Positions 1 through 10,807 of a DNA stretch of 64,000 bases are shown here, one piece after another. The position numbers and the translations under genes were made by a program. The notes below the pieces were generated by a model, which was given only the letters and a program-made list of their open reading frames with translations, ran no database searches and was not told where the DNA came from. Source of the DNA: an uncultured Methanomicrobiales archaeon. GTDB taxonomy: Archaea > Halobacteriota > Methanomicrobia > Methanomicrobiales > Methanospirillaceae. The stretch lies in the NCBI GenBank assembly GCA_963758915.1, contig CAVWXH010000007.1:1-64000 (forward strand). Reading direction: 5' to 3'. How positions within the stretch are numbered: position 1 is the stretch's first letter; each line of letters begins with the position of its first letter.

Positions 1-7
1 AAATGTT

Positions 8-976
8 TCAGGGAACAGGCACGAAGCCTTCTTTTGTTACCAGTTTCTGGCCTTCAGGGCTGAGGATGTAATCAATATAGTCTTTCACAATACCTGATGG
101 CTGACCGTTGGTAATAAACAGCAGCGACCTGGAAATCGGGTATGTCTTGTCAAGAACAGTCTTGATGGATGGTTCTACGAGTGTCCCATTGACGCTGACC
201 TTTAACGCCTTCACGGTCGGGTCGATGTACCCAAGCCCTACATATCCGATTGCCCCGGGGGTCTGGGCGACGCTTTGCTGGATTGCACCGTTCGAGTTCT
301 TCTCGAACTGGGTCTTTACGTAACTGGTCTTGTTCATCACGGTATCAGTAAAGAAAGTCCGGGTCCCCGATGCACTGTCACGGCCGATTACGACGATTGC
401 CATGTCCTTACCACCGACATCTTTCCAGTTGGTGATCTTTCCACTGTAGATATCACGGATTTGGGCGATACTCAGGGAATTAACCAGGTTATTGTTGGGG
501 TTAACAACGACTGCGATTCCGTCAAGTGCCACCGGGATGACGACGAATTCCTTGTATTTTGCAATTTCATCCTTCGTAAGGTCTCGTGAAGACATCCCAA
601 TATCGACGAGCTTGTCACCTATCTGTTGGACCCCAACACCTGATCCACCACCGGATACCTGGATATTGGTTCCCGCGTTGGCTGTCATGAAGGCATCGGC
701 AGCATTCTGGGCGATTGGGAGGACCGTAGTAGAACCTGATATCTTGAGGGTCTTGCTTCCAGCAGCGGACTGTGTGGCCTGAGGTGTGCCCGCTACGGCT
801 GTAGTTGCCTGTGTTGAGACCGGTGTTGAGACCTGGGTCGTTGCAGCGGTCGGTACAGTAGTTGCCTGAGTCGGTCCCCCGGAGTTATTTACACAACCCG
901 TTGAAAAGACCATGAGCATGAGCAGGCCTGCAATGACAAGTCCTGCAATTCCAAATTTCTTACGATCTAGTACCAT
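8..976 (-). CDS. pstS: Phosphate ABC transporter substrate-binding lipoprotein PstS
   Basis: Lipobox-like FSTGC, Thr-rich linker, SGSTTVLP, GGGSGVG, GMSSR and RDSASGT motifs; pst context. Confidence 0.95.
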   Translation of the reverse strand: MVLDRKKFGIAGLVIAGLLMLMVFSTGCVNNSGGPTQATTVPTAATTQVSTPVSTQATTAVAGTPQATQSAAGSKTLKISGSTTVLPIAQNAADAFMTANAGTNIQVSGGGSGVGVQQIGDKLVDIGMSSRDLTKDEIAKYKEFVVIPVALDGIAVVVNPNNNLVNSLSIAQIRDIYSGKITNWKDVGGKDMAIVVIGRDSASGTRTFFTDTVMNKTSYVKTQFEKNSNGAIQQSVAQTPGAIGYVGLGYIDPTVKALKVSVNGTLVEPSIKTVLDKTYPISRSLLFITNGQPSGIVKDYIDYILSPEGQKLVTKEGFVPVP

Positions 977-1004
977 AATGGTCTAGTCACCATTGACTGC
1001 TGAA

Positions 1005-1055
1005 TATATACTTATTCCCGACAGAGAATATATGCATATATAGAATATATATAGA
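1005..1055 (-). promoter_or_regulatory. pstS promoter: TATA box plus three phased TATA(G/T)(A/G) boxes
   Basis: TATA at 1005-1010, about 30 bp upstream of the ATG; boxes at 1029, 1039, 1050; same layout at 5042-5092. Confidence 0.6.
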
Positions 1056-1110
1056 ATATTTATTACTAGCAAGAATACTAGATAAAAATATAAATTTGGA
1101 AAATCACGGA

Positions 1111-1539
1111 CTAACTAAACTGATGCATCAGCCAGGTCCGAATCTGGTCCCTGACCTCGCTGAATTCTTTTATAATTTCCTCTTTCGGAAGACCAATCTC
1201 GTTTGGAGCCGGGAAGTTATGATGAAGTACGAGGTCTCCTTTCGGGAGGCAGGACACACAGGCTTCTTTTCCATGGTCACACAAGGTCACCACCACGCTG
1301 AAATGTCTGCCTTTGAACTCATGCAGGGTTTTTGAACGCTGGTGGGAAATATCGATCCCGATATTGTTCATCACCGCAACAGCATACGGGCTTACTCCGC
1401 CACTCGCAACACCGGCGCTATAGACGATATATCTGTCGCCAAACAGGTGACGCATCAGACCTTCGGCCATCTGCGACCTGACTGAGTTGTAACTACAGAG
1501 AAAAATGATGCTTTTTTTATCGTGGCCCGCATGGTTCAT
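1111..1539 (-). CDS. arsC: Thioredoxin-coupled arsenate reductase (LMW-PTP family)
   Basis: P-loop CSYNSVRSQMAE (CX5R), SAG, second Cys pair LCDHGKEAC. Confidence 0.8.
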   Translation of the reverse strand: MNHAGHDKKSIIFLCSYNSVRSQMAEGLMRHLFGDRYIVYSAGVASGGVSPYAVAVMNNIGIDISHQRSKTLHEFKGRHFSVVVTLCDHGKEACVSCLPKGDLVLHHNFPAPNEIGLPKEEIIKEFSEVRDQIRTWLMHQFS

Positions 1540-1564
1540 ATCAATTCCAATTCGTCTTCAGGGG

Positions 1565-2224
1565 TTATTTTATCTCTATCCGTTCACCGGTCACCATGTA
1601 ATGGACTTTCTCTGCCATCTTGCAGGCATGGTCCCCGCTCCGTTCAAGGAAACGGGAGATCATAACGTAGTGGGTACACCGGGTAATGGTCCTCGGGTCT
1701 TCCATCATGTAGGTTAAGCATTCCCGGAATATTGAGGTACGGAGGGAGTCGACCACATCATCACGTTTCGACATATCGTTGATGGTATTGAGGTCTTCAT
1801 GTTCATAGGCAAGGGTTGCATCATCAATCATCGCGACCACGAGCTCTGACATGTGGGGGATGCTGATGAAATTCCCTGTAGATTCACTCTCGTCCAGATG
1901 CCTTGTAGCATTCGCAATGTCCTTCCCGTACCGCCCGATCCGTTCACTTCCCTGAACAATCATAAGTGAACATACCAGGGTCCGCAGGTCCCGGGCAACA
2001 GGCTGGTACAGGGCGATCATCGTGAAAATCCTGTCTTCAAGTGAGTCATGCTGCCATGAAAGCGCTGTTTTTCTGGATTTGACTTCTATCGCTTTCTCCA
2101 GGTCCTGCAATTGCAGGGCTTTCATTGAGTCGTTCAGCATATCCCTCCCGAAACGGGCCATGGTAACGACGTCCTGGCGGAGTACGGTTAGTTCATCATG
2201 GAATTTATCTGCCACCGGTATCAC
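1565..2224 (-). CDS. phoU: Phosphate signalling protein PhoU
   Basis: YQPVARDLR, ERIGRY, ERSGDHA two-repeat PhoU motifs; directly downstream of pstB. Confidence 0.93.
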   Translation of the reverse strand: MIPVADKFHDELTVLRQDVVTMARFGRDMLNDSMKALQLQDLEKAIEVKSRKTALSWQHDSLEDRIFTMIALYQPVARDLRTLVCSLMIVQGSERIGRYGKDIANATRHLDESESTGNFISIPHMSELVVAMIDDATLAYEHEDLNTINDMSKRDDVVDSLRTSIFRECLTYMMEDPRTITRCTHYVMISRFLERSGDHACKMAEKVHYMVTGERIEIK

Positions 2225-2989
2225 CTATCCAAATCTTCCTGTAATGTAATTTTCAGTAAGCGTTTCTTTGGGTTTCTCGAAAATCTGTTGCGTTGTTCCG
2301 AATTCGGCCAGGTCACCCATATACATAAATCCCGTATAATCACTTACCCGGGATGCCTGCTGCATGTTGTGGGTAACGATTACTACTGAGTATTGCGTTT
2401 TCAGCTCTTCAATCAGGCCTTCAATCTTCGCAGTCGCGATCGGGTCAAGTGCTGAACAGGGCTCATCCATCAGGATTACTTCAGGTTCCACGGCGAGTGT
2501 CCGGGCGATACAGAGCCGTTGCTGCTGCCCGCCTGATAAGCCCATCGCCGAGTTGTGGAGCCGGTCTTTTACTTCGTCCCACAACGCGGCACTTCGGAGG
2601 CTTTTTTCGACAATGGCATCCAGATGCTTTCTTTCTTTCATACCATGTACACGGGGCCCGTAGGCAACATTTTCGTAAATTGACTTCGGAAAGGGATTGG
2701 GCCTCTGAAATACCATCCCGATTTTTCGCCTTATTTCAGCCGGGTCAACATCGCTGGCATAGATATTTTTGGTATGGAAATTCACAGCACCCTGTATCCG
2801 GCAGCTGTCCACGAGGTCATTCATCCGGTTCAGACATCTGAGCAAGGTAGATTTTCCACAGCCGGAAGGACCGATCAGGGCAGTCACCTTGTGGTCAGGT
2901 ATACCGATCGTGATATCCCGGAGTGCAATTGAATCCCCATACCAGAGGTTTAACCGGTCCACCTGGATGATCGTATAGTCTTCTGTCAT
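2225..2989 (-). CDS. pstB: Phosphate ABC transporter ATPase PstB
   Basis: [39 protein letters not shown]-terminal YITGRFG. Confidence 0.97.
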   Translation of the reverse strand: MTEDYTIIQVDRLNLWYGDSIALRDITIGIPDHKVTALIGPSGCGKSTLLRCLNRMNDLVDSCRIQGAVNFHTKNIYASDVDPAEIRRKIGMVFQRPNPFPKSIYENVAYGPRVHGMKERKHLDAIVEKSLRSAALWDEVKDRLHNSAMGLSGGQQQRLCIARTLAVEPEVILMDEPCSALDPIATAKIEGLIEELKTQYSVVIVTHNMQQASRVSDYTGFMYMGDLAEFGTTQQIFEKPKETLTENYITGRFG

Positions 2990-2994
2990 TTTGT

Positions 2995-4944
2995 TCACCA
3001 TCGGATTTTCATATGGTAATGCCTTCGCACGATAATTGCCGCAAGATAGAACCCGATTACAAGGATAAGGAGCACCAGTGCAGTCCCGTACTGGTTGAGT
3101 GAGGCACCAGGCACGCTCGTGGAAAGGATATAGAGGTGGTAGGGAAGTGCCATCACCGGCTCGAATTCAGAGGAGGGAAGTGTCCTTGAGGAAAATACCA
3201 CGGCGGTAAAAAGGATCGGGGCTGTTTCCCCAGCGACCCTGCCAATGGAGAGGATAGTCCCGGTGATTATTCCGGGGACCGCGGGGGGGAGCACAACGCT
3301 TCGTACCGTCTGCCATTTTGTAGCACCGAGGGCCAGGCTCCCTTCCCGGACCGACTGGGGCACATTTTTCAACGATTCTTCAGCTGTCCGTATCATCGTC
3401 GGGAGCACCATCATGGCAAGTGTTACCTGCCCGGCAAGCAGTGATACACCGAATTTGAGATACAGGACAAAGAAGGCCATCCCGAACAGCCCGAAGACGA
3501 TCGAAGGGGTCCCGTTCAGCAGGTCTACACCCGCCCTAATAATCCGGGTAATCCTGCCTTCACGGGTGTATTCGTTGAGATAAATTGCAGCCCCTATTCC
3601 CAGAGGTAACGCGATAAGGATCGCACCAAGGATAAGGTAAAAGGTACCCACAATTGCGGGTGCAATTCCCCCACCCCTCCCAAGGTTCGTGGGTGCAGTA
3701 GTGAGGAATTCCCAGGTGATAGCCGGAAGGCCGTTGATGATGATATCAGCGATGATACAACCAAGGGAAACCAACACGATCCCGATTGCGAGCCATAACA
3801 GGGCAAATGCTGCTTTTTGCACCTGTCGCTGGTTCAACTTCTGCCTCAATACAAACCATAGACCCACAAGAAGTATACAGGCCAGCGCAACAACAGGTCC
3901 TGCGGCAATAAAAATGAACAGCAATGCAATTCCGGCAATTATATAGATGCCATATTGTTTTACTGATTCTGCAGTTTCGAAGGAAAGGATACGCCGCTTG
4001 CCAGATCCCACCCCGATCTGTCCTTTCCGGATCCGCCCGAGGATTGTATACGCGATGAGGTTTATCGCAAGGGTGATGACCAGCAATACCACGGCGATAC
4101 CGAAAAGGGCGCTGTAGTGGAGGCTCCCGACTGACACCTCCCCCATCTCGATCCCGAGTGTTGCCGTTAATGTCCTGACAGGAGATAGGACATTCCAGAT
4201 TGGCGACGGGATGACCGCCGCGTTTCCGGTGACCATCAGGACGGCCATTGTTTCCCCTATCGCCCGCCCTATCCCGAGAATAACCGCAGCGGTAATCCCT
4301 GAAAAGGCTGCAGGGACAACCACACGACTGATTGTCTGCCATTTTGTGGCCCCTGTCGCAAGGGAACCTTCACGGAATTCCTTTGGTACAGAACTTATTG
4401 CGTCCTCTGATACGCTTACAATGGTGGGAAGGGCCATGATGCCGAGAAGGATGGAGCCTGCAAGCCAGCATTCCCCACTCGGTGCATCAAACGACACACG
4501 GATCACATCGGTAAGGACTACCAGCCCGAAGAACCCGAAAACAACAGAGGGGATCCCGGCCAGCAGTTCAACGGCAGGTTTCACAACGGCCTTTACTTTT
4601 TTATGGGCCAGTTCGCTGATGTAGATTGCGCTCCCGATACCGAGAGGGATCGCGATCAGCATTGCGAGGACCATCACGAGCAGGGTATCGATGATGAGCG
4701 GGAATATACCGTAGAGTGGTGGATCGCCCGATGGGTTCCAGGTGTCGCCGAAAAGGAAATCAGGAAGGCCGATGGTTGAAAATGCCGGGTACCCGTTGTA
4801 CAGCAGGAATATGAGGATGAAAAAAACAACAACAACGGCAAATACAGCACAAGTAAACCAGAGCGAGGTCATCAGGCCTTCTTTGAGGTTCCTTGCAGCA
4901 GGTCTGAAACCATGTCGTGAGCTGGACAGATGATCATCTGACAT
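2995..4944 (-). CDS. pstCA: Fused phosphate permease PstC-PstA
   Basis: 649 aa with two permease halves ([10 protein letters not shown]...GRAIGETMA and [10 protein letters not shown]...GRVAGETAP). Confidence 0.92.
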   Translation of the reverse strand: MSDDHLSSSRHGFRPAARNLKEGLMTSLWFTCAVFAVVVVFFILIFLLYNGYPAFSTIGLPDFLFGDTWNPSGDPPLYGIFPLIIDTLLVMVLAMLIAIPLGIGSAIYISELAHKKVKAVVKPAVELLAGIPSVVFGFFGLVVLTDVIRVSFDAPSGECWLAGSILLGIMALPTIVSVSEDAISSVPKEFREGSLATGATKWQTISRVVVPAAFSGITAAVILGIGRAIGETMAVLMVTGNAAVIPSPIWNVLSPVRTLTATLGIEMGEVSVGSLHYSALFGIAVVLLVITLAINLIAYTILGRIRKGQIGVGSGKRRILSFETAESVKQYGIYIIAGIALLFIFIAAGPVVALACILLVGLWFVLRQKLNQRQVQKAAFALLWLAIGIVLVSLGCIIADIIINGLPAITWEFLTTAPTNLGRGGGIAPAIVGTFYLILGAILIALPLGIGAAIYLNEYTREGRITRIIRAGVDLLNGTPSIVFGLFGMAFFVLYLKFGVSLLAGQVTLAMMVLPTMIRTAEESLKNVPQSVREGSLALGATKWQTVRSVVLPPAVPGIITGTILSIGRVAGETAPILFTAVVFSSRTLPSSEFEPVMALPYHLYILSTSVPGASLNQYGTALVLLILVIGFYLAAIIVRRHYHMKIRW

Positions 4945-5041
4945 GGCATCTCACCTGGTCCCCTATCGAATGGTCTGTAATAAAAACTCCAGAACTCCCA
5001 CCGCACAGTACCATAATCTGACACCTACAAGGAGTGGTAGA

Positions 5042-5092
5042 TTTATACCCTTTTTCGCAGTAAAATATAGATGAATATATACCACCTATAGA
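5042..5092 (-). promoter_or_regulatory. pstCA promoter/operator, shared with the divergent regulator gene
   Basis: Minus strand CGAAAAAGGGTATAAAT (BRE-TATA); TATAGA/TATATA/TATAGA at 5066, 5076, 5087. Confidence 0.6.
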
Positions 5093-5138
5093 AGAATAGA
5101 GTGAACTGAGCTAACCACACGAAGGAAGGAAATAATCT

Positions 5139-6149
5139 ATGGATATCAGGAAAGTTCAGGTAACCGGGGGTTCGTCGTTCATTATCACGCTCCCGAAGGA
5201 CTGGATCGACAAATTGCACGTCAAGAAGAATGATCCACTTGGCTTGATTTCACAGCCGGATGGGACACTGCTGGTCACAAAAAATATCACCGATGTGCAG
5301 GTGCAGTCAGGCAGGGAATTCGATGTCTCTTCAATCAATGATCCGGCCTACCTGTTCCGGCTTCTGATCGGGGCATATATTGCAGGGTTCACCACGATCA
5401 GGATTACCTCAAAGCACCGGTTCTCCCCGTTCGTCCGGCAGGTCGTCCGTGATTTCGCCCAGATGACCATCGGGCCCGAAGTCATTGAAGAGACTGATTC
5501 AATGATGCTGTTAAAGGATCTCTTAAACCCGATGGAGATGCCGTTCGATAACACCCTGAAACGGATGTACATCGTTGTAAAAAATATGCATATCGACGCG
5601 GTAACGGCAATCGAGAAAGACAATCCCGTCCTTGCTGATGATGTTATCGCCAGGGATAACGACGTAGACCGTCTTCACTGGCTGATTGCCCGCCAGATGA
5701 ACGTGATCCTTAAAAACGTGAACCTTTCAAGAAAGATGGACATTTCCACTTCGCTCGTGGTGAATACCTACCTTATTAGCAGAATTGTTGAACGGATCGG
5801 GGACCACGCTGTCAGAGTTGCCGAAAATATGAAGAGAGTTGAGGGAGAGGATATCGGCAGGGATACGAAGAAAGCAATCAGAGCCGCAAGTAATCTTTCA
5901 CTCGCAATTTTCGATAAAAGCATCGTCTCATTTTTCCAGGCCGATATTGTAGCTTCACACCGTAATATCGAGGCTATTGCTGAACTTGATGAGGCATGCG
6001 AACAGATAAATCACCTTTCCATGACGATGGGGACGCATCTTGCCATTTCACTTCACTATATCGCTGAGAGTATCAGGAGGACAGGTGAATATGCAGGGGA
6101 CATATCAGAGACGGTGATCAACTACCTCGTCGAAGACCAGGGAATATAA
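5139..6149 (+). CDS. Archaeal phosphate uptake regulator (N-terminal AbrB/SpoVT domain + PhoU repeats)
   Basis: RKVQVTGGSSFIITLPKDW N-terminus; DNDVDRL, ERIGDHA motifs; divergent from the pst operon. Confidence 0.9.
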   Translation: MDIRKVQVTGGSSFIITLPKDWIDKLHVKKNDPLGLISQPDGTLLVTKNITDVQVQSGREFDVSSINDPAYLFRLLIGAYIAGFTTIRITSKHRFSPFVRQVVRDFAQMTIGPEVIEETDSMMLLKDLLNPMEMPFDNTLKRMYIVVKNMHIDAVTAIEKDNPVLADDVIARDNDVDRLHWLIARQMNVILKNVNLSRKMDISTSLVVNTYLISRIVERIGDHAVRVAENMKRVEGEDIGRDTKKAIRAASNLSLAIFDKSIVSFFQADIVASHRNIEAIAELDEACEQINHLSMTMGTHLAISLHYIAESIRRTGEYAGDISETVINYLVEDQGI

Positions 6150-6514
6150 TGTTTCTCCTTTCTGAATTGTTGTGTAGGTAAAGAATTCCAGGCTATGTTG
6201 AAACACAGGGATGTATGTCAATACAGAATATGAGGAGAATGGAGATCAGAATCGACTGCCGGAAAAGCCAGGGGTGAGCAGGTCCCGGTTATTTTTTTTA
6301 GTACCAAAAACCACTCCTGTAACTATACCATTGAACTGGTACTATCAGACCATTTTTAATAGGAAAGGACTCAACTGAATGCTGTAGCGCCGAAGGGATG
6401 GGTACTTAGTATTCATAAACCAGTTCGCGTTACCCGGGAGCAGGTTAGATGATAATTTATCCGCCAGATATAGGTGGTTTTTAATTGTTTCCGGAGAAAA
6501 AAGGAGATAAAATT

Positions 6515-6823
6515 ATGGATATACTGAAACTACCGGGCATCCGTGTCCTGCTCATTGCCACGCTCGTGATGGGGCTTTTCCTTGCACCTGTCGCATTGGC
6601 AGCTGTGCCGGGGGCATTGTCGTATGGCATCAAAGGGCTCCCGGGAGCAGGATCAGCACAACCGGCATGGACCACGGTATCGGGGCCTTACGCATTGGGA
6701 TCGGTCTCCGCATATGGAGGAGTAAGCAGCCGGACTCCATCGTCACGCCTCGATTACTCGCAGACTGTGTCGGCCAGTGGTAAGATAACCAGCTTTGCCT
6801 TCTCATTCCATTATGAAGGATAG
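6515..6823 (+). CDS. Small secreted protein resembling the C-terminal part of the sheath-like protein at 21411
   Basis: GGAG RBS, signal peptide ending ALA; YSQTVSASGKITSF matches YSEIGSAQGTITAF of 21411..22301. Confidence 0.7.
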   Translation: MDILKLPGIRVLLIATLVMGLFLAPVALAAVPGALSYGIKGLPGAGSAQPAWTTVSGPYALGSVSAYGGVSSRTPSSRLDYSQTVSASGKITSFAFSFHYEG

Positions 6824-6863
6824 GCCAAAATCCGATTTAATTCATTCGGATACGGCATACTGT

Positions 6864-6888
6864 AAAAAAAAGGCCCCGCAAGGGGCCT
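6864..6888 (-). terminator. Hairpin + U-tract terminator downstream of thrS/ywbE
   Basis: Minus strand AGGCCCC-TTGC-GGGGCCT followed by a T run; lies between convergent genes. Confidence 0.65.
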
Positions 6889-6960
6889 CCTTACTCAAAA
6901 TTATTCCTGTTTTTCCCCTGCCATCACCAGAGGTCACAGGAGACCTCCGGATCCTTTTAG

Positions 6961-7179
6961 TCAGCTCTTTTCGACAGAAATGATACTACCGACCCTGCCC
7001 ACTTTTCCATCCGCCAGCCGGACCTTGATCCCGTGAGGGTGAAATGTGGAGTTCGTGAGGATCTCCCCTACAATACCACGGGTCTTCTTTCCAGACCTCT
7101 GGTCCTGTTTCTGGACGATGTCAACCATCAGCCCGTTGCTGACGCTTGTCCGGTACCTCCCGTCCTGTTCTGGTATCAT
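6961..7179 (-). CDS. YwbE/DUF2196 family small protein
   Basis: KQDQRSGKKTRGIV..ILTNSTFHPHGIKVRL.DGKVGRV. Confidence 0.85.
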   Translation of the reverse strand: MIPEQDGRYRTSVSNGLMVDIVQKQDQRSGKKTRGIVGEILTNSTFHPHGIKVRLADGKVGRVGSIISVEKS

Positions 7180-7219
7180 TCATGAACTCCGTATCATTAC
7201 TGGTTAAAAATAGAAAATA

Positions 7220-9049
7220 TCAGATATACCTGGCCTTTTTCGAGAGTTTACGCGGTGTATAGAGGGGGCGGAACGGCATACCGCCGATGTCCTGCCGGAT
7301 TACTGCTATAACCTCCTGTTCCGAGAGCGTGACTTTGTGAGGCTTGTCCTTGTGCGATTCTTTCCGGATGGTAACCGTGAGTTTGCCGCTCTCGACCTCG
7401 GCATCCCCGACAACAATCACATAAGGGACCCAGTCCATCCCGGATTCCCTGATCTTCTTGCCGACACTTTCATCACGGTCATCGAGGTCTGTACGAATAA
7501 AAGCCTGGTTCAGCCTCTCCGCGATCTCTTCTGCAAACGGGAGGTGACGTTCAGCCACAGGGACGACGCGGGCCTGGGAGGGGGACAGCCAGGTGGGCAG
7601 CATTGGTACTTCCATCGAGGCGGTGCTTTCAAGGATGGCACAGATCACCCGTTCCACGCTGCCGGTCGGTGAGCAGTGGAGGATAGGCGGGTGGACTTCC
7701 GTTCCATCCATCAGGTGGTACTTGATATCGAACCGTGTCGAGCTCTCGACGTCAATCTGGACCGTCGGGTTTTCAATGGGACGTCCCTGTCCATCTATTG
7801 CCGCCAGATCAATCTTTGCAATCCAGTAATGGACCCGGTCTGAAAGGATCTCTATCAGGAGCGGCATACCCGAGTCAGCCACGACCTTCTTTACCCAGCC
7901 TTCGTGCTCAGTATAAAAGTCACGGGTGCAGCGGAAGACACCCACGAGTTCGGTACCAAAGTCTTTCCCTGTTTTCCAGCCCATCGTAAGCTGTTCTTCA
8001 AAGCATCTGAGTGCCTCAGGCATGTCGGTGCAGAGCGAGTGCATATCAGGCATCGTAAATGCCCGCAGGCGCTTGAGCCCGATGACCTCACCCTTCTGTT
8101 CATGACGGAACGAGTAGGTGGAGAGCTCGTACATCTTCATCGGCAGGGTATTCGGGGAGATGTGCATGTCCCGCATGATTGAGAACATGCCGAAACATGC
8201 GGCAAACCGCAGCATCATGTCCCGGTTCCCGCTCTTGAACCGGTACTGCCGTTCCCCGAACTTGTCGGCGTGCTCGTAGATTGCACGGTCACCGAGGTCG
8301 TACATTACCGGGGTCTCGACTGGCGTCCCTCCATAGGGGAGGACCATCTGTAGCACGTAGTCGGCAAGGAGGTCCCTCATGAGCTTCCCGCGGGGCAACC
8401 AGCGGAGGTGCCCGACGTCGCTCGCCGGTTCGTAATCGACGAGTTCCTTGGACCGCATCAGTTCGACATGAACGGGTTCCCCGCCTGCGGAAGTCTGTTC
8501 TCCAAGTTCCTTCCTGACAAGACAACCGAACGGCGTTTTGTCCATGTAACCGGCGACGTCATGCTGCTTCCCGTCGGGGGTCATCACGAAGAACTCGTGT
8601 GTGACCGTTGATTTCGCCTTTACCGGTACCTCTTCACCAGGGACAATCGTCTTTGAGAGCTCCGACAGCGGGTGCCCCTTGCATGCCATGGAGAAAGACT
8701 TGTACCAGCCGAACGGTGCACGTTTGACATCGAAATCCACCTTCAGTTCACGCTCGAGGGCCTGGAGCACAGCAACAGCCACATCCGGGTTTGCAAGGTC
8801 GCTTGAAAGGTGTGCATACGGGTATAGCATGACATTTCGCACAGAGAGCTGTGCGGCGGTCTTCCTGACCTCGTTTGCGGCCTGTGCTACGACACCGTTG
8901 ACATCATCCTCATCGACCGATTCAACCGCACAAAAGACAATTAATGTCTCTTTCTGGGAGTCCTTGAGAACGGCGCCTTCCTCGGCCATCCGGGTCTTCT
9001 TTTTCGCTTCGTATTCAATAAAATCTGAGTGTATCAGAAGAAGTCGCAT
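7220..9049 (-). CDS. thrS: Threonine--tRNA ligase, archaeal type
   Basis: [33 protein letters not shown] editing domain; [10 protein letters not shown]. Confidence 0.97.
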   Translation of the reverse strand: MRLLLIHSDFIEYEAKKKTRMAEEGAVLKDSQKETLIVFCAVESVDEDDVNGVVAQAANEVRKTAAQLSVRNVMLYPYAHLSSDLANPDVAVAVLQALERELKVDFDVKRAPFGWYKSFSMACKGHPLSELSKTIVPGEEVPVKAKSTVTHEFFVMTPDGKQHDVAGYMDKTPFGCLVRKELGEQTSAGGEPVHVELMRSKELVDYEPASDVGHLRWLPRGKLMRDLLADYVLQMVLPYGGTPVETPVMYDLGDRAIYEHADKFGERQYRFKSGNRDMMLRFAACFGMFSIMRDMHISPNTLPMKMYELSTYSFRHEQKGEVIGLKRLRAFTMPDMHSLCTDMPEALRCFEEQLTMGWKTGKDFGTELVGVFRCTRDFYTEHEGWVKKVVADSGMPLLIEILSDRVHYWIAKIDLAAIDGQGRPIENPTVQIDVESSTRFDIKYHLMDGTEVHPPILHCSPTGSVERVICAILESTASMEVPMLPTWLSPSQARVVPVAERHLPFAEEIAERLNQAFIRTDLDDRDESVGKKIRESGMDWVPYVIVVGDAEVESGKLTVTIRKESHKDKPHKVTLSEQEVIAVIRQDIGGMPFRPLYTPRKLSKKARYI

Positions 9050-9112
9050 AGTTCATCTCCGGAATACTGAAATCATCCGTATTAAATGTAATTTCATACG
9101 GTATATACCCAT

Positions 9113-9670
9113 TCAACCGGTCTTCGGGTTCTCGTGGTACCGTGAGAGGGTGGCTTGTCTCTGGTTCATGTATTTCGCATCCCCTTTCAGGTTGTACGGC
9201 TTTAATGCCCGCTCTGTGGTATAGAACACCAGTTGTCCGATCGGCATACCCGCATACACCTTCACCGGGCGCTGGTTGACATTGCACATCTCAAGGGTTA
9301 TCGACCCCGAGAAACCTGCATCGATCCACCCCCCGGTCTGGTGAAGTTCTACACCTAGTCTTGCGATACTGCTCTTCCCCTCAATACTTGCCACAATATT
9401 GTCGGGGAGGGAGATCACTTCAAAGGTTTCCGCGAGCATGAAATGGCCGGGATTAATGACGACAGAATCTGCTGTTAGTTCCTTTGTATCTGCCGATATG
9501 GTCTCCTTCTGGTAGGGGTCAATCACTTCGTCCCCTGCCTCGTACCAGACGAAATGGTCCCCGAGACGGATATCGAGGGAATTCGGTTGTACAAGGTTCG
9601 GGTCGAATGGGTCTATGCTGATATAGCCCCTGTTAATGCGGTCCAGGATCTGCCAGTCGACTAGGATCAT
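9113..9670 (-). CDS. dcd: dCTP deaminase
   Basis: [38 protein letters not shown]. Confidence 0.95.
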   Translation of the reverse strand: MILVDWQILDRINRGYISIDPFDPNLVQPNSLDIRLGDHFVWYEAGDEVIDPYQKETISADTKELTADSVVINPGHFMLAETFEVISLPDNIVASIEGKSSIARLGVELHQTGGWIDAGFSGSITLEMCNVNQRPVKVYAGMPIGQLVFYTTERALKPYNLKGDAKYMNQRQATLSRYHENPKTG

Positions 9671-9776
9671 TCAAGACTAGTATGTAACCGGATTACACAT
9701 AACATCTTTTGATGAGGAGTTATGGGATGGACAATAGGACAATTAGGAGGAAAACCATCGCCAGTAATAATAGAAA

Positions 9777-9964
9777 AATCTTGGATATTTTTGGTTGTAC
9801 CGAATCTATTGACGCTCCCGGGGCTCCGCCCCGCCGCTGTGGCGACCCCGGTTCGGATAGGGACTACACCCCCATACTCTGAAATTAATGAGCCTTCGCC
9901 GAAACCCTGCCCGATAAGTAAATCCACCCGGAAGTGGTTCAAATTGGCAGGATGTCAACAGAGC
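9777..9964 (-). repeat. Dispersed non-coding repeat, copy C (inner module)
   Basis: Reverse complement aligns with 35117-35255; ends in TGTCAACAGAGC (9953-9964), matching the module's terminal inverted repeat. Confidence 0.8.
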
Positions 9965-10043
9965 AAAAAAATTAAAAAAATAACGGAAAATGTAAGGAAA
10001 ATTCAGGGGATCTCTATATCCTCATTCCAACCGGACTCATCCG

Positions 10044-10784
10044 TCACCTGGTTGACGGTCTATCATGCCGCTCGCGTTCCAGCTCACAAATAGTGGGGTC
10101 AATATGAAATTCAGCCCGGCGGAGCAGTCCGTGAACCGTGCTTGCTTCCCGTGCAGTCAGCTGTGTCCTCCCGAAGATCCGTCGCATCATCAGCATCGTA
10201 TTCTCCCGTTTGAACGGGGGATGGTCAATCTCATCGAGGAAACGGTCGATGTGCCGATAAAGGTACTCCATTTCAGTCCGGCTTGCAAGGAGGTACTCCC
10301 CCCGGGGTAGATGGGCAAGTTCGTAACATACCACCCCGACAGCGTGGGACAAGTTCAGGATCGGGTAGTCAGGGGATGTCGGGATCGTGCAGATCATATC
10401 ACACCTCCTGACTTCATCGTTATTCAGGCCCCAGTTCTCCCGGCCGAACAGTATCGAGATTGTCCCGTTGATATCCTTGACATGCTCACGGATCTCCCCG
10501 GGCGTGAAATATGGCATACGCATCGACCGGCAGATCGATTTACTGACCTCGCCGGTCGTGGCAATAGTCAGACAACTTTGTGAAAACACTTCTTCCAGTG
10601 TGCATGTTACTGCTCCGGAAAGGACGTCCTGTGCGTGGGCAGCCCGCAATGATGCATCTTCGCCAATACCGCAGGGATCGATTAAGACCAGCCGGGTAAA
10701 ACCGAAATTTTTCATCACGCGGGCTGTGAATCCAACATTTCCCTCGTATATAGGGGCCACCAGGACGATCTGGATATCAGGCAT
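10044..10784 (-). CDS. trmJ: tRNA (C32/U32-2'-O)-methyltransferase, TrmJ/LasT SPOUT family
   Basis: GNVGFTARVMKNFG, LFGRENWGL, YPILNLSHAV. Confidence 0.9.
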   Translation of the reverse strand: MPDIQIVLVAPIYEGNVGFTARVMKNFGFTRLVLIDPCGIGEDASLRAAHAQDVLSGAVTCTLEEVFSQSCLTIATTGEVSKSICRSMRMPYFTPGEIREHVKDINGTISILFGRENWGLNNDEVRRCDMICTIPTSPDYPILNLSHAVGVVCYELAHLPRGEYLLASRTEMEYLYRHIDRFLDEIDHPPFKRENTMLMMRRIFGRTQLTAREASTVHGLLRRAEFHIDPTICELERERHDRPSTR

Positions 10785-10807
10785 ACAGGTCAGGTATAAA
10801 AACAGGG

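Noticed and set aside
6355-6450. CGCCGAAGG segment resembling a glycine riboswitch or tRNA fragment
   Set aside because: Other conserved elements and a convincing fold could not be found by eye
9667-10093. ORFs 9667-9942(-) and 9722-10093(+)
   Set aside because: They overlay the non-coding repeat and have no protein-like features
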